The notes beneath the pieces are model-generated. The model saw only the letters and a program-made list of their open reading frames with translations, was not told the DNA's origin and did not search any database. The position numbers and the translations under genes are program-made. Positions 20,866 to 31,700 of a stretch of 64,000 bases of DNA are shown here, piece by piece (positions within the stretch are counted from its first letter, which is position 1; each line of letters opens with the position of its first letter). The stretch comes from a virus, in the IMG/VR virus record IMGVR_UViG_3300045963_000101. One strand, 5' to 3'.

Positions 20866-21281
20866 TGGGCGGCGCAGTAGCATCTTCTGTTCCTGACAGT
20901 GGCATTATAGGTAACACAGTTGGTTCGGCTATGGCCCAAGCCAGTCCTATGGCGACTCCTCAGGCAGCACCATATCAGGCAAACGCAAATATGCCTTTGG
21001 CTTCACCACAATCAAACTACTATTCAAATCTTTTTGCAAGTGCTCCCGCTGGTAATGGTCCTGTGCCTCAGGCAGGAGGTAGTAAGGGTGGTGGTCAACC
21101 TGTATCATCTGCTCCTCTCGGACAATCATACACACCTATTCCTTTGGCAGCGGCTCCTGCAGCAACACCGGCGGCGACAACTGCAGCGTCTAATGCAGCG
21201 TTTGCTCAACAAATGGCACAATACAATGCTGCTCAAACAAAAGCAAGCCGTGAATGGAACGGTTCAGGAGGTCATCACTAA
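20865..21281 (+). CDS. Low-complexity A/P/Q-rich putative internal virion protein
   Basis: GGAGG RBS; TAATG coupling at both ends. Confidence 0.65.
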   Translation: MGGAVASSVPDSGIIGNTVGSAMAQASPMATPQAAPYQANANMPLASPQSNYYSNLFASAPAGNGPVPQAGGSKGGGQPVSSAPLGQSYTPIPLAAAPAATPAATTAASNAAFAQQMAQYNAAQTKASREWNGSGGHH

Positions 21282-21835
21282 TGGCATACGAAGATCCGTG
21301 GGCATGGATGGACCATCAAAAACCATCACAGACGGTACCTAATACGGTACAATATCAACCACAACCAGAAGCACAACCTGTTCAGCATATTCAGCAACAG
21401 CAAGATCCTCTTGTTTCAATGGTTGAGATGAGAGCAGCTAATAAGGGTCTTGATCAATTCGGTAATGCTGTTGATGCAGGTCTTAAATATAGGGCACCTT
21501 TAAGCGCGGGTACTGGTCTTACTCCTACTTCAGCTGTAGACTCCGGCGCAATGACCCTCACCGCACCAACCACCACAGGTCTTGTTACCTCTGGAGTGCC
21601 CGAAGGATATGCTCTTACAGGAGCACCAATAGGCTCAGGTCTTACTGCAGCTGCATCTACGGCGGCAGAAGCGGGAGCACCCTTAACAACAGCAGCTGGG
21701 ACAGCAACTACCGTAGCACCTATTACAGGTTTGGCCGCAGAAGGTGGCGCTGCAGACGCTATGATGGGTGCTATGGGTCCGATTGGTTGGGGTATGTTAG
21801 GTCTTATGGCAGCTAAACGATTGAAATTATTTTAA
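21281..21835 (+). CDS. Putative internal virion protein with hydrophobic C-terminal helix
   Basis: Start reassigned to ATG 21281 (TAATG overlap). MGAMGPIGWGMLGLMAA C-terminus is typical of ejection proteins. Confidence 0.65.
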   Translation: MAYEDPWAWMDHQKPSQTVPNTVQYQPQPEAQPVQHIQQQQDPLVSMVEMRAANKGLDQFGNAVDAGLKYRAPLSAGTGLTPTSAVDSGAMTLTAPTTTGLVTSGVPEGYALTGAPIGSGLTAAASTAAEAGAPLTTAAGTATTVAPITGLAAEGGAADAMMGAMGPIGWGMLGLMAAKRLKLF

Positions 21836-21844
21836 GGAGTCCAC

Positions 21845-24800
21845 ATGGGGCCACTATCCGCAAAGCAACATCGGGAATACCTGAAGTTCGCAGCTAAAGA
21901 AAAACGCGAAAGCGACAAACAAGAAAATGAAGAATCCCGTAAGGAAGAGCTTCATGAATTGAAACTCATGGCTGAAGCTAATAAAACAAATCAAGCTCTT
22001 GGTCATAAAGAAAATGAACACAAAGCCAAGATGTCTGAGCATGGTGGTCCTTTGAGTGCAGGTATGCTTGTGGGTAACGTTGGTATTGAACCAGTTAATC
22101 CTGATCCATTGACCTTTACGACTCGTCAAGGACATGGTAGTCAACTTACTCGCGGTCAGGGATACGCCAATGGTGGTCCTGTTATGGGTAATCCCCTCAG
22201 CGGACGTCCTCATGTAGGTGGTAAACCTCTTGGCCGTCACCCTGTACAACCAACCGATGTAGTACCCGCAATGTTAACTCCCGGAGAAGCTGTCATTCCT
22301 CGGGCCGCTGCTCAAGACCCTCGTAATAAGCCAATCATCAATCAAATGGTTCAGCAAGGACGGGCACAGCAAGGAATGCCTTCTCAGGGCTTTGCTAATG
22401 GCGGTATGGTTCCTCAAGGAAATCCTGTAGGTGCTTCTGGACTTACCGGACGCGTACAACTGCAGAATCAACTGGCTATAATGCCTAATGTTGGACCCAA
22501 GAAACACAAGATGGGTTTTGCAGATGGTACTACAGAAGTTCCTGTTACGGCTCCCGTTAATGAATCTTACATGGATAAACTTAAACGGGTATTTTCTCCG
22601 GCACCATCTATGGTAACACTACCTGAGTTTGGTGGTATGCTTGGACAAGCAAAAGAAGCTTTGAAGACCCGTACAAAAAAGATTGATGATAACATTGACA
22701 AGCAGGTTAATGGTTATGCGGATGGTGGGTATGTACAGGGCTATGCTGCTGGTGATCAATCGGTAAGCGCCGCTTCGGAAGCTGGCGATGTTGATTGGAA
22801 CGCTATCAATCAAAAGCTAAATGGAGGCGTTCCTCAAACTGCCTACACTCGCCCGCAATTGCAAACAGAAGTTCCCGTTGTTTACACTCAACCTCAAGGT
22901 GTTACCGTTACTGCCCCTTTAGCTAGTGGTCTCACAGAAGGTCAGACTATGTCCCGTGAGTCAGGTGGGAATGTTCTTGCTAAAAACCCTAAATCTACCG
23001 CTTTTGGGTTATACCAAATGACAGATGCGGCTTGGAAAGATGCAGAGGGTATTGATAAAACGTTGATTGGAGCTAATCATACAGACGCTTCCGTTCAAAA
23101 GAAAGCTTATGATGCTTATCGGGGCAATGCTTTACCAAATCAACTCAAGGCTTTAAATTATATTCCTGACAATGATAGTTTGGGTAAGGCATATATTGTT
23201 GGTGCATCCGGCTATGATAAAATTGCCAAGGCACCTGACAACACACCTCTTGACAAAATACTTCCTTCGTGGGTTATGGAGAAAAACCCTAACCTTGTAG
23301 GTAAAACAAGTACAGAGTTTTTATATGGTAAAGATCCATACAGTATTAAAACAGGTTCTCTTAAAGAAGCAACTTTAGCGGAACGCCGTTCTGGTATGAC
23401 TCATACAGGTAAGGGTGTTCCTCCAATTGATAATGTGATTCAGCAGGGAGCTAATGCAGCGGCGACAGAGCCTACTCCAGAGCTTGCAACAAACCTAGGT
23501 ATTCCTGATTCAGGTACCTTTGCATCGACTAAGCCAAACATGGACGGATTACCTTCAAACGAAGTACCACCTCCTGCAGGAAGTATTTCAGCAGCGGATC
23601 AGAATAACTTTGATTCTTTTATCTCCTCATTTACCAAGGACAATCAAGACGCTTTGCAAGACGCCGAAAAGAAAGCTGCAACAGTTCCTCCCGAACAAAA
23701 GAAATCTTTTTGGGAAGGTGTTTTGGGTGATTTGTATGGTGGTAAAGATAGTATTTTCAATCAAAAAGATCTTATTCGGTTTATTGGTGGGGCCGCTTTT
23801 CGTGCTGCTACCGGTGATAATATTAATCGTGCTCTTCGCGGTGCATCTATTGATACCATTAATACTTCAGACAAGCGTCATCAAACAGAGATTCAATTTG
23901 AAAATCAAAAAGATATTCAAATGGGTACTGCTAAAATGTGGGAAAACCGAGATGATGTTCGTATTAAAGCGGCTCAAGAAGGAGCTGCCGCAGCCGAACG
24001 TAAGGCTATGTACGGCAAGTATACTCCGGAATCTATTCATACATACAACGTAGCAACTAAGAGTGACCCTAACGGTGACTATATGCATTTGTTGGAGCCT
24101 GTTAAAAAGGGTTACAAAGGCATGTCTACTCCTGAGGATGTCACCTTTTCTAGTGGCCCTCTAAGAGGGGTATTGATTAAGAAAACTGTAGGGCAAGATG
24201 ACGAAGGTAACCATCAGATATTCTATAATGGAATTCCTGAAAGCGAATTTTATAAACGTTTATCTAGTGGCAAAGATGATTCCTTTAAGACAGGATTAAT
24301 GAATACACCAATGGTAACTTGGAATGACGACAAACACGGTCCGCAAGCTGTTGCTAAAAACTATAATGCATTGGCACCTACATGGTCCAAGTCAGCAGAA
24401 GAAGAATATTCGGAGATTGCAAAGGGTAGAGATGGTACAGGACATGCAGGTTTACCTACCCCAACAGCCTTCAGTAATTCTGCGATTTCCTTTTACAAGA
24501 GTCGTGGATATGACCCTACCGATGCAAATCAAAATTTGGCTATGCATGCTATTAATACTATTGCTTTGAAAGATATGGTTGCAGATAAGAAGCAAGGACG
24601 TACTGTAGAAGATCCCTCTGTATACTTAGCTAAATCAATGCTGATTGCTGACTCTGGAATTAATAAGGATGCTTTTTCTGTAGGTAATAAATCGATGAAC
24701 CCTGGCTTAATTAAAAACCTTGAAGATAAATTGAATGCTCAAATTATTAAAGAGAACAATGGTAAGCCATTAGAAGTTTCAGAGATTACTAAATTACGGT

Positions 24801-24925
24801 CAGACAAACTAAAGAAGATGTATTCAACATGGAGTAATCCAGATACAGCATCTCGTATGCCTTCTGGTAGTGCTACCACCTCAGGCTTCTATCAATACGT
24901 TGATCAACAATTAGGTTCAAAATAA
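21845..24925 (+). CDS. Ejection protein with lytic transglycosylase/lysozyme-like domain
   Basis: MSRESGGNVLAKNPKSTAFGLYQMTDAAW (catalytic E plus GLYQ motif, ~22950-23040); TDVVPAMLTPGEAVIP motif; AAGGAG RBS. Confidence 0.75.
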   Translation: MGPLSAKQHREYLKFAAKEKRESDKQENEESRKEELHELKLMAEANKTNQALGHKENEHKAKMSEHGGPLSAGMLVGNVGIEPVNPDPLTFTTRQGHGSQLTRGQGYANGGPVMGNPLSGRPHVGGKPLGRHPVQPTDVVPAMLTPGEAVIPRAAAQDPRNKPIINQMVQQGRAQQGMPSQGFANGGMVPQGNPVGASGLTGRVQLQNQLAIMPNVGPKKHKMGFADGTTEVPVTAPVNESYMDKLKRVFSPAPSMVTLPEFGGMLGQAKEALKTRTKKIDDNIDKQVNGYADGGYVQGYAAGDQSVSAASEAGDVDWNAINQKLNGGVPQTAYTRPQLQTEVPVVYTQPQGVTVTAPLASGLTEGQTMSRESGGNVLAKNPKSTAFGLYQMTDAAWKDAEGIDKTLIGANHTDASVQKKAYDAYRGNALPNQLKALNYIPDNDSLGKAYIVGASGYDKIAKAPDNTPLDKILPSWVMEKNPNLVGKTSTEFLYGKDPYSIKTGSLKEATLAERRSGMTHTGKGVPPIDNVIQQGANAAATEPTPELATNLGIPDSGTFASTKPNMDGLPSNEVPPPAGSISAADQNNFDSFISSFTKDNQDALQDAEKKAATVPPEQKKSFWEGVLGDLYGGKDSIFNQKDLIRFIGGAAFRAATGDNINRALRGASIDTINTSDKRHQTEIQFENQKDIQMGTAKMWENRDDVRIKAAQEGAAAAERKAMYGKYTPESIHTYNVATKSDPNGDYMHLLEPVKKGYKGMSTPEDVTFSSGPLRGVLIKKTVGQDDEGNHQIFYNGIPESEFYKRLSSGKDDSFKTGLMNTPMVTWNDDKHGPQAVAKNYNALAPTWSKSAEEEYSEIAKGRDGTGHAGLPTPTAFSNSAISFYKSRGYDPTDANQNLAMHAINTIALKDMVADKKQGRTVEDPSVYLAKSMLIADSGINKDAFSVGNKSMNPGLIKNLEDKLNAQIIKENNGKPLEVSEITKLRSDKLKKMYSTWSNPDTASRMPSGSATTSGFYQYVDQQLGSK

Positions 24926-24934
24926 AGGAAACTT

Positions 24935-27900
24935 ATGGTAACGGAAAAGGACATTGTTAATGATTCATTAACGGCACAAGGGGTACCGCCTCTTCCGTTG
25001 CCTCCTGAACAAAAATCCCTGATATTTAAAGACGGTGATACTGCAGTAGATACCACTACGGGTAAAACAATTCGTATTGGTAATCTCAATACTCTTGAAA
25101 CTCAAAAGACAGGTAGTAAAGCCTCTGACTTTAAAGCAGGTCAGTTAGGTGGAGATGCACAGACAGCCATTGGGGAGGCTGTAGCTCAAAGAGAAAATTT
25201 TACACAGCCAACATATCGAAACAGTAAAGATAAATACACCCGCGAGTTGGGTACATTGTCTAATCCTGATACAGGAGATAATTATTCAGATTATATGATA
25301 CGGAATAGGTTGGCAGACCCTTACATGGTGTCTCCAAACTCTTCTGCTATCGACCAACGATCAGCTACTGATCTTAATAATGCCAGAGACGCTGCTCAAT
25401 GGAAGCCAAAAAGCTATGCTCAAAACCTTCTTACTGCTCTTAACGATGTAAGAAATCTACAACCACTTACCGCCAAGGTATACGCACCTACTGCACAAAT
25501 GTATGGCGACAGCCTTGATGAAAGAGGTAACAGTAAGTACTATGCCGGACCCGCAACAATAGGTCCTGATGAAAACTATAGGGGTGAAGCTCGAAATCAG
25601 CTCACCGCTGGCCTAAACTTAGGTACCATGAGTATGAACCAAGGTGCTTGGAATGCTTTAGATATGCTAGGTTCTGTTACTGGCTCTAAGGGTATGCAAG
25701 AGTATGCTCAAGAAAAATCAGGCAATTACCGTTATGATTTAGAGAATACCCCAAGACTTCGTAATGCAGAGGCCTTTGATGAAAATGGCAAATGGAAGCT
25801 AGACTCATTCAGTAAAATGAGTGACTATGCAATTGGACTTGCCGCATCTTCTTTGCCGCAGATGGCACTGTCTGCAGGTTCCATGCTACTGTCTCCAATT
25901 ACTTTTGGAACTTCAAATGCTATACCTGCATTAGTATTCGCCGGACAAACTTGGGAGAACCAACCTAAGGACTCTAAGGATGTGGGATGGGCACTAGCTT
26001 CAGGTGTTACTCAGCAGGTGTTGGAGAATTTATCTTTAGGCCACATTAAAGGAAACATTCTTAAGAAACCAACCCAAGATAGGGTTATCGCAGAACTAGC
26101 TGCGAAAGGGTATTCGGAGTCAGCGGCAAAAGATCTTGTTGTTACTGAAACTCAGTTAGCACTTAAAGGTGTTTCTACGTGGACCAAGAGTGTAGCTATT
26201 AAAGAAGCTGAAGACGCAGCTAAAAAAGTTACAGCTAAATCTTTAGCTTACCACACTGGCCACGGTATTGTTTCAGAAGGTATTACTGAAGCATTACAAG
26301 AAGCAACTCAATACATAGGCGAACAAAGAGGGTTCAATCTTCCAGACAACCCTGAAGATATGTATGCTTTACAAAACCGGATTCTTAATGCCGGTGCTGG
26401 TGGTGCTGTCTTAGGTGGTGTGTTTAGTGGTGGGGGCCATGCGCTGGCCTCTACCCTAGGAAAGTCTGCTCAACGTTCATCCACAAGCGATCTTGATATC
26501 CGAAACCAATTAATGGGTGGTCTTAATTTTGTTCCACACAGTGAGGACGTAGCGAATGATGCCGTTAAAAACATGGCTAATGATGCATCGACTCTAAAAG
26601 AAATGGCTCAGAGTGAAACCGATAAGCGTAGGAATTCTGGCTTGGGTGGCGGTATTGTTGATTGGTTTAAAGAGAAGGGACTTAACAGTACTTGGCAGAA
26701 GTGGGCAACTACTATCAGAGGTAGTGACACTGGAGGGATGAACCTCAATGCTATTTGGACTTTGATTGGCGCGGCAAAAACTTTAAACGGTGGTTCTATT
26801 GAAGAACAACAATCAGGTGTCTTGCACAGACTGTCCAATGCATTTGGTTCTCCCGACGATATCCGTGCTGCTTTCGGTGGTAAGCTAAAGTTGTCTGAAA
26901 TTAAAAACATGATGTCTAATCCAGAGCTTAAAGAAGACTTTAGTAATCTCATGAAAATGATGGAATCCCATGGTCTTACGGCACAGCAAGCCTTTGAAAG
27001 AATGTCTGGTGTATTTAGAAGCCAGCCAGAGCACACCTCTGCTTTGGTGGGTATTGCTGATCGATTTAACTCTTTATTGAATGAACATGGAAAGATTACT
27101 GGTAGTCGTATGACTGCAGACGACTTCTTTAACATGGCACCACTCAACAAAAATGCTATTGCTCAAAACACAAGTGGCTTTATAACGAAGCTTAAAAATG
27201 TATTAGGTATGGATTCGGCTGCAGCAAATGAGTTAGCTAATCGGTATTTAAACTCTAATGATATAGTCACGTTGTTGGACCCTACAGATGACGCCCTTAG
27301 TGCTATGCTGGATGATTATGCCCGTACAAGTAAAGAATCAATTACTTCTTTGCGTACTAAGCTTAACCAAAATAAATCTGAGTTCAGTGAATTCTTACAC
27401 AATGACCCTTTGGAAAATGCTTATGCTCTTGCAGCTAAAGGTGCCGCCACGTTTGTACATCAGAATCTAATAGGTAAAGATGGATCCAAGTTAGCTGCCC
27501 TAATTAAACAAGCGGTTGCCACAAAAGAAATTGGTAGTGAACGTGCTTCTTTTATTGCAAAAGAATTAAAGGATTACCTTGATATGCGTAATGGGGTGTA
27601 TCATCCTATTACAAACAAGTATGCTAAAGGAGCACTTCAGTTGGTAAACTTCTTATCGACAGTAAGCTCACTACCTTTAGCAGCTATAAGCTCATTAACA
27701 GAGTTTTCTCAGGTATATCGGCATCTTAATACTGAGCAATCACTTAAGGCTACTAAAGCAATTCTAAAAGGTTTTGGTGCAGAGTTTGCTAATGCTATGC
27801 AGATTATTGGCGGAAAACCACAATCAGAATCAGTTAAGAATTACCGTAACAGTTTGTTTGAAGCGGGATTTCCTGTGGACGGATCGATGGCGCAGCGACA

Positions 27901-28756
27901 AGACATTGTTACTGATGCTTACCGTAAATGGACTGAAGGATTTTTTAAGATGACTGGTTTAACTTCTGTTACAAACGTAACAAGGTACGCCAAGCTCTCG
28001 ATAGGTGCGGATGCAATCAAGAGTTGGGTTGATGCTGTTAATGGTAATAATCCGCAAGCTAAACAAAATGCCATGGAGCATTTGATTCGTGTAGGGGTTG
28101 ATGCTGAGTGGATATCGTCAGCTGATATGAGTATTCCTGCTAACAAGGAAAGATTAGCTCATGAATTTAGTACAGGCACCCATAACTTTACTGTTGAGGC
28201 GGTAATCCATCCCACAAAAATGAACCGTCCTAAGTTTTATAGTGATCCTTATCTGCAGCTATTCACTCAATTTCAAGGGTATACCTCGGCTTTTACTGCG
28301 AATGTGCTACCGATGCTCCTTAAAGATCTTAGAAAGAGTGGATCCGCAGATCAAGTAAACGCAGCAGCAACTATTGCTATGATGTTTGCTCTCTCATACT
28401 TTGCTCTGTACCTAAAAGATATTATTAAGTATGGTGAATCCCCACCACCTTGGCTCAAAGAAGAGCAGAGGTTTCAAAGGTATATTGGGCAAGTTGGTTT
28501 GACAGGTACTGGTCAAAGAATTTGGGATGCGGTTAACCCTGTTATTCCACAATCAAACCAGAAACAATCTTTTGGAATGAGCGTATTGAATGGTGTTGTT
28601 GATCAGGCACCAGCGCTATCATATCTCTCAAAGGTTAATGATGCTATATCTGCATCTGACGGTAAACGTATTGAAAAAGCGGCGAGAACACTACCTATTG
28701 TAGGTACCTCGTCTTTGTTTGCAAAGAAATTGCAAAAAGAACTTGGAGATAATTAA
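24935..28756 (+). CDS. Large ejection protein with N-terminal SNase-like domain
   Basis: DGDT, IRIGNLNTLET and DKYTR align with thermonuclease motifs; Gly/Ala hydrophobic segments centrally; position in the ejection cluster. Confidence 0.7.
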   Translation: MVTEKDIVNDSLTAQGVPPLPLPPEQKSLIFKDGDTAVDTTTGKTIRIGNLNTLETQKTGSKASDFKAGQLGGDAQTAIGEAVAQRENFTQPTYRNSKDKYTRELGTLSNPDTGDNYSDYMIRNRLADPYMVSPNSSAIDQRSATDLNNARDAAQWKPKSYAQNLLTALNDVRNLQPLTAKVYAPTAQMYGDSLDERGNSKYYAGPATIGPDENYRGEARNQLTAGLNLGTMSMNQGAWNALDMLGSVTGSKGMQEYAQEKSGNYRYDLENTPRLRNAEAFDENGKWKLDSFSKMSDYAIGLAASSLPQMALSAGSMLLSPITFGTSNAIPALVFAGQTWENQPKDSKDVGWALASGVTQQVLENLSLGHIKGNILKKPTQDRVIAELAAKGYSESAAKDLVVTETQLALKGVSTWTKSVAIKEAEDAAKKVTAKSLAYHTGHGIVSEGITEALQEATQYIGEQRGFNLPDNPEDMYALQNRILNAGAGGAVLGGVFSGGGHALASTLGKSAQRSSTSDLDIRNQLMGGLNFVPHSEDVANDAVKNMANDASTLKEMAQSETDKRRNSGLGGGIVDWFKEKGLNSTWQKWATTIRGSDTGGMNLNAIWTLIGAAKTLNGGSIEEQQSGVLHRLSNAFGSPDDIRAAFGGKLKLSEIKNMMSNPELKEDFSNLMKMMESHGLTAQQAFERMSGVFRSQPEHTSALVGIADRFNSLLNEHGKITGSRMTADDFFNMAPLNKNAIAQNTSGFITKLKNVLGMDSAAANELANRYLNSNDIVTLLDPTDDALSAMLDDYARTSKESITSLRTKLNQNKSEFSEFLHNDPLENAYALAAKGAATFVHQNLIGKDGSKLAALIKQAVATKEIGSERASFIAKELKDYLDMRNGVYHPITNKYAKGALQLVNFLSTVSSLPLAAISSLTEFSQVYRHLNTEQSLKATKAILKGFGAEFANAMQIIGGKPQSESVKNYRNSLFEAGFPVDGSMAQRQDIVTDAYRKWTEGFFKMTGLTSVTNVTRYAKLSIGADAIKSWVDAVNGNNPQAKQNAMEHLIRVGVDAEWISSADMSIPANKERLAHEFSTGTHNFTVEAVIHPTKMNRPKFYSDPYLQLFTQFQGYTSAFTANVLPMLLKDLRKSGSADQVNAAATIAMMFALSYFALYLKDIIKYGESPPPWLKEEQRFQRYIGQVGLTGTGQRIWDAVNPVIPQSNQKQSFGMSVLNGVVDQAPALSYLSKVNDAISASDGKRIEKAARTLPIVGTSSLFAKKLQKELGDN

Positions 28757-31700
28757 TTGATTAATTCGAATATTAAAACTAATCAGGGGCCGTTGGTTCC
28801 TGCTTTAGATCCTGCTAAGATACTGCCTAATTCGTTGACACAACAAGGTCTCCCTGTTCCTACTTCTGCTCTTGATTATGCAAGGCAAAATGCAACAGCG
28901 GATATTCCTCAGAATACGCAGTCTACTGGTAGTGCTAATGCAGGTCCAGTACCAATGCCCTCGCAGGATCAAGCTCCTGATAACCGTCATGCATGGTATT
29001 CTGATCCAACAGATCGTTGGGAAGGTGTCCATGTCAATGATGAGTCTATGCTTGCACCTCAGGAGGAAGGCCCAACGCAGATTGGCTCACCACAGGTGGA
29101 TATGATGGGCAAAAACGGTATGCCTCTTACCTATGATCAAGCTCAACAACTTCAAAATAAAGAAGTAGAAGATCAATATCAACGGGCTAAAGGTATTAAT
29201 TACGATTATACTACCGAAGCTCAAATGGAGGAAGCATTCCCACAGAAGACTATGTTGGGTGCGCCTATTTCTAATATCAGTCAGCGAGAGCAACTAGTTA
29301 GCTTAGCCAAGGATTTAGGTCAAAGCTTGATTGACACTTCGGTTCAGACAAATCGAGATGGGTTTGGTCCGGCCAAGAGTATGTCAGCAATGACTCAAAT
29401 TACTTCTTCGTTTGGTATCACACCAGTCCAAGCGGCTAATAAGCTGGCAGTGGCAACAAGCCTAATGCTACCTGTATTTAAGGGCGCTACTGATATGGAG
29501 AACGGTGTCATTCAAGATAAAGATACCTTAGACTTGATGTCGTATCTTACTGACTTTGATGGTGCTCCTCTCAATACTGAAGTGTCAGTTATGTCGGGTG
29601 GGCTCTTAGCAGAACCTACATTTAGTATGCTTGCTTCTGCCTTTACTAAGCTTAATGAAAGAGAACATGTAAATGGAGCAGGACAACCCGTACGTGTAGC
29701 ATACAATGGTATTCCTGCAGAAGTTCTTGGCCCTATTTTAGCTGATTCCCTTGTTGATAATGGTGTATTAGTTAAACTAAAAGCAGATGACGGTGTTACT
29801 GATCTCTATCGGGTTAGCCCTATGAGGGGTAATGAAATATACAAAGCTTCTAGGATGGTTGCACAAGTAGCTCTTGAAGCTGGTCGTGGTCGTGCTCAGA
29901 AAGTACCTGTTACTTCTGAAGGTCGTTACTCAGGTGCTGCAAATAGTTTCAGAGAAAAAGAGATATATCGTCCCGGAGCAGAACCTTTTTATGAGAAACA
30001 AGAGCTGGCTCGAGTCTTTGGTAGTGTAGGTATAAATGTTTCTGGTGTACGTATTCACCTTGCAAACCTTTTGCTGAATAATGCTTTGGGTGAACTTCAT
30101 AAGGGAGCTACTCAAGTAAGTACTGAGACAAATCCTGCTCGACAGTTTGGTCAGGCTACTGAAGGATTACCTTCCACAATGAGCTTGTTTAATCTTTCTA
30201 CGAAAGACAATCACGATGCTATCTTAGCTAAGACAACTACGGCTATTAAGCAAATGAATTATATGGGTCAGCATCTGGTTGCGAACACCCCGTTGTACGC
30301 TCCGGTTAAATTTGACCCTACTTCAATGCGAGCTATTAATGATACTGATGATTTGAATTACCAGTCAAGTAAGCTTGTACGTGGTTTGATTAGCCCTCAC
30401 CGGACTCCATTAAATGTTTCTAAAACAAATCTTCATATGCAGCCTATATCGGTTGAATCTGCTAAGGCGTTCTATGAAGATCTTAACCGTAAGATCATTG
30501 CAGGTACTGCAGGACCGGTAACAGACTATGAAGCAGAGCTAGGGTTTCTTGCAGCATTAGGTAACAACCTTGATGTTCATAAAACAATTGGTCTTAAAGA
30601 TGGTACTACTATGCCGTGGTCTAAAATGGCTTTGGTTACTCCAGACTTCTTGCTTAAAGCTGCTCGTAAAGGAGCGATCCTTGCTTCTATTGCACCTCAA
30701 TCAAGTAAAGAGGTTGCAAGTAAGGCTTTAGATATGACAACGTTTGCTCAGACACTTACGCCGGAGCAACAACAAGTTCTTACCGAGTTTATTGAAGAAG
30801 CCAGTGATAAAAACTGGGGCTTTAAGCTTGCCGCTTATTTGGATGCTGCTAATTATCTTACATCTAAAAAGAATGGTACACCTTTTACTCCTAGTTTGGT
30901 GACTGAGATTGATCAGAACTCAGCAGGACGGGCGTTTTCTGCGCTGGATTCAGGGGATGAGACTGTTCTTGATCGTACGGGCTTTTTCTACCCTACAGTT
31001 GGGAGCTTACATTACAATACTAAACCTTTAGGATCCCCAAGAACTCTTTATGCTAGGTATGCTGAGAATGAGTCGGTTGATTTGGCTATATCTGATGACA
31101 AGCCAGATCTCAAGAATGCTTGGAAAGAAATATTCAAGGTTCTTCAACAGCCAGAGAATGTTAAAATGATGGATAGGTTTGGCAAGCCACCATTGATGAC
31201 TACAGATTATGGTATGCCTGTTAATTATCATTTAGGGGAATCAAAAGCTTTTTTAAGTAAGTATCCGCAGTTTGAAGCTATGCTAGCGCCTTTCTACCCT
31301 AAGATTACTGGGATAGTTCAAGATATGAATGAGATTCATACTCAAACATTGTTGAAAGCAACTAGGGCTTTGCAGCGGGATACCCCTAAAAAGTTGGTTT
31401 TCCTTTTACAGTCTGTAGGTCGTCTTCCTAGGTTCAAAGGTTTTTATGGAGAGCAAGTGCCGATTGGTGCTTTTATGTCTGTACCTAATGGGGAATACTC
31501 AGAAGTGACCGATAAGAATGGTAACACTCGAAAGATAGAGCATACACGTCGTAGAGTAGACCCGATGGCAAAGTCTAAGGCTAAAAGTGTTGAATACATT
31601 AATGACGAAGGTGATTGGGCCACAAAGCCTTTTGATCCTGCTCCGGGATCTTCGGCATCAAACTCCGTTGGCCCGTTCATGGGTCAATACCGCGAGTCTA

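Noticed and set aside
26608-27150. 180-aa antisense ORF in the ejection gene, and many similar 60-160 aa overlapping ORFs
   Set aside because: Fully nested in well-supported genes with no independent signals.
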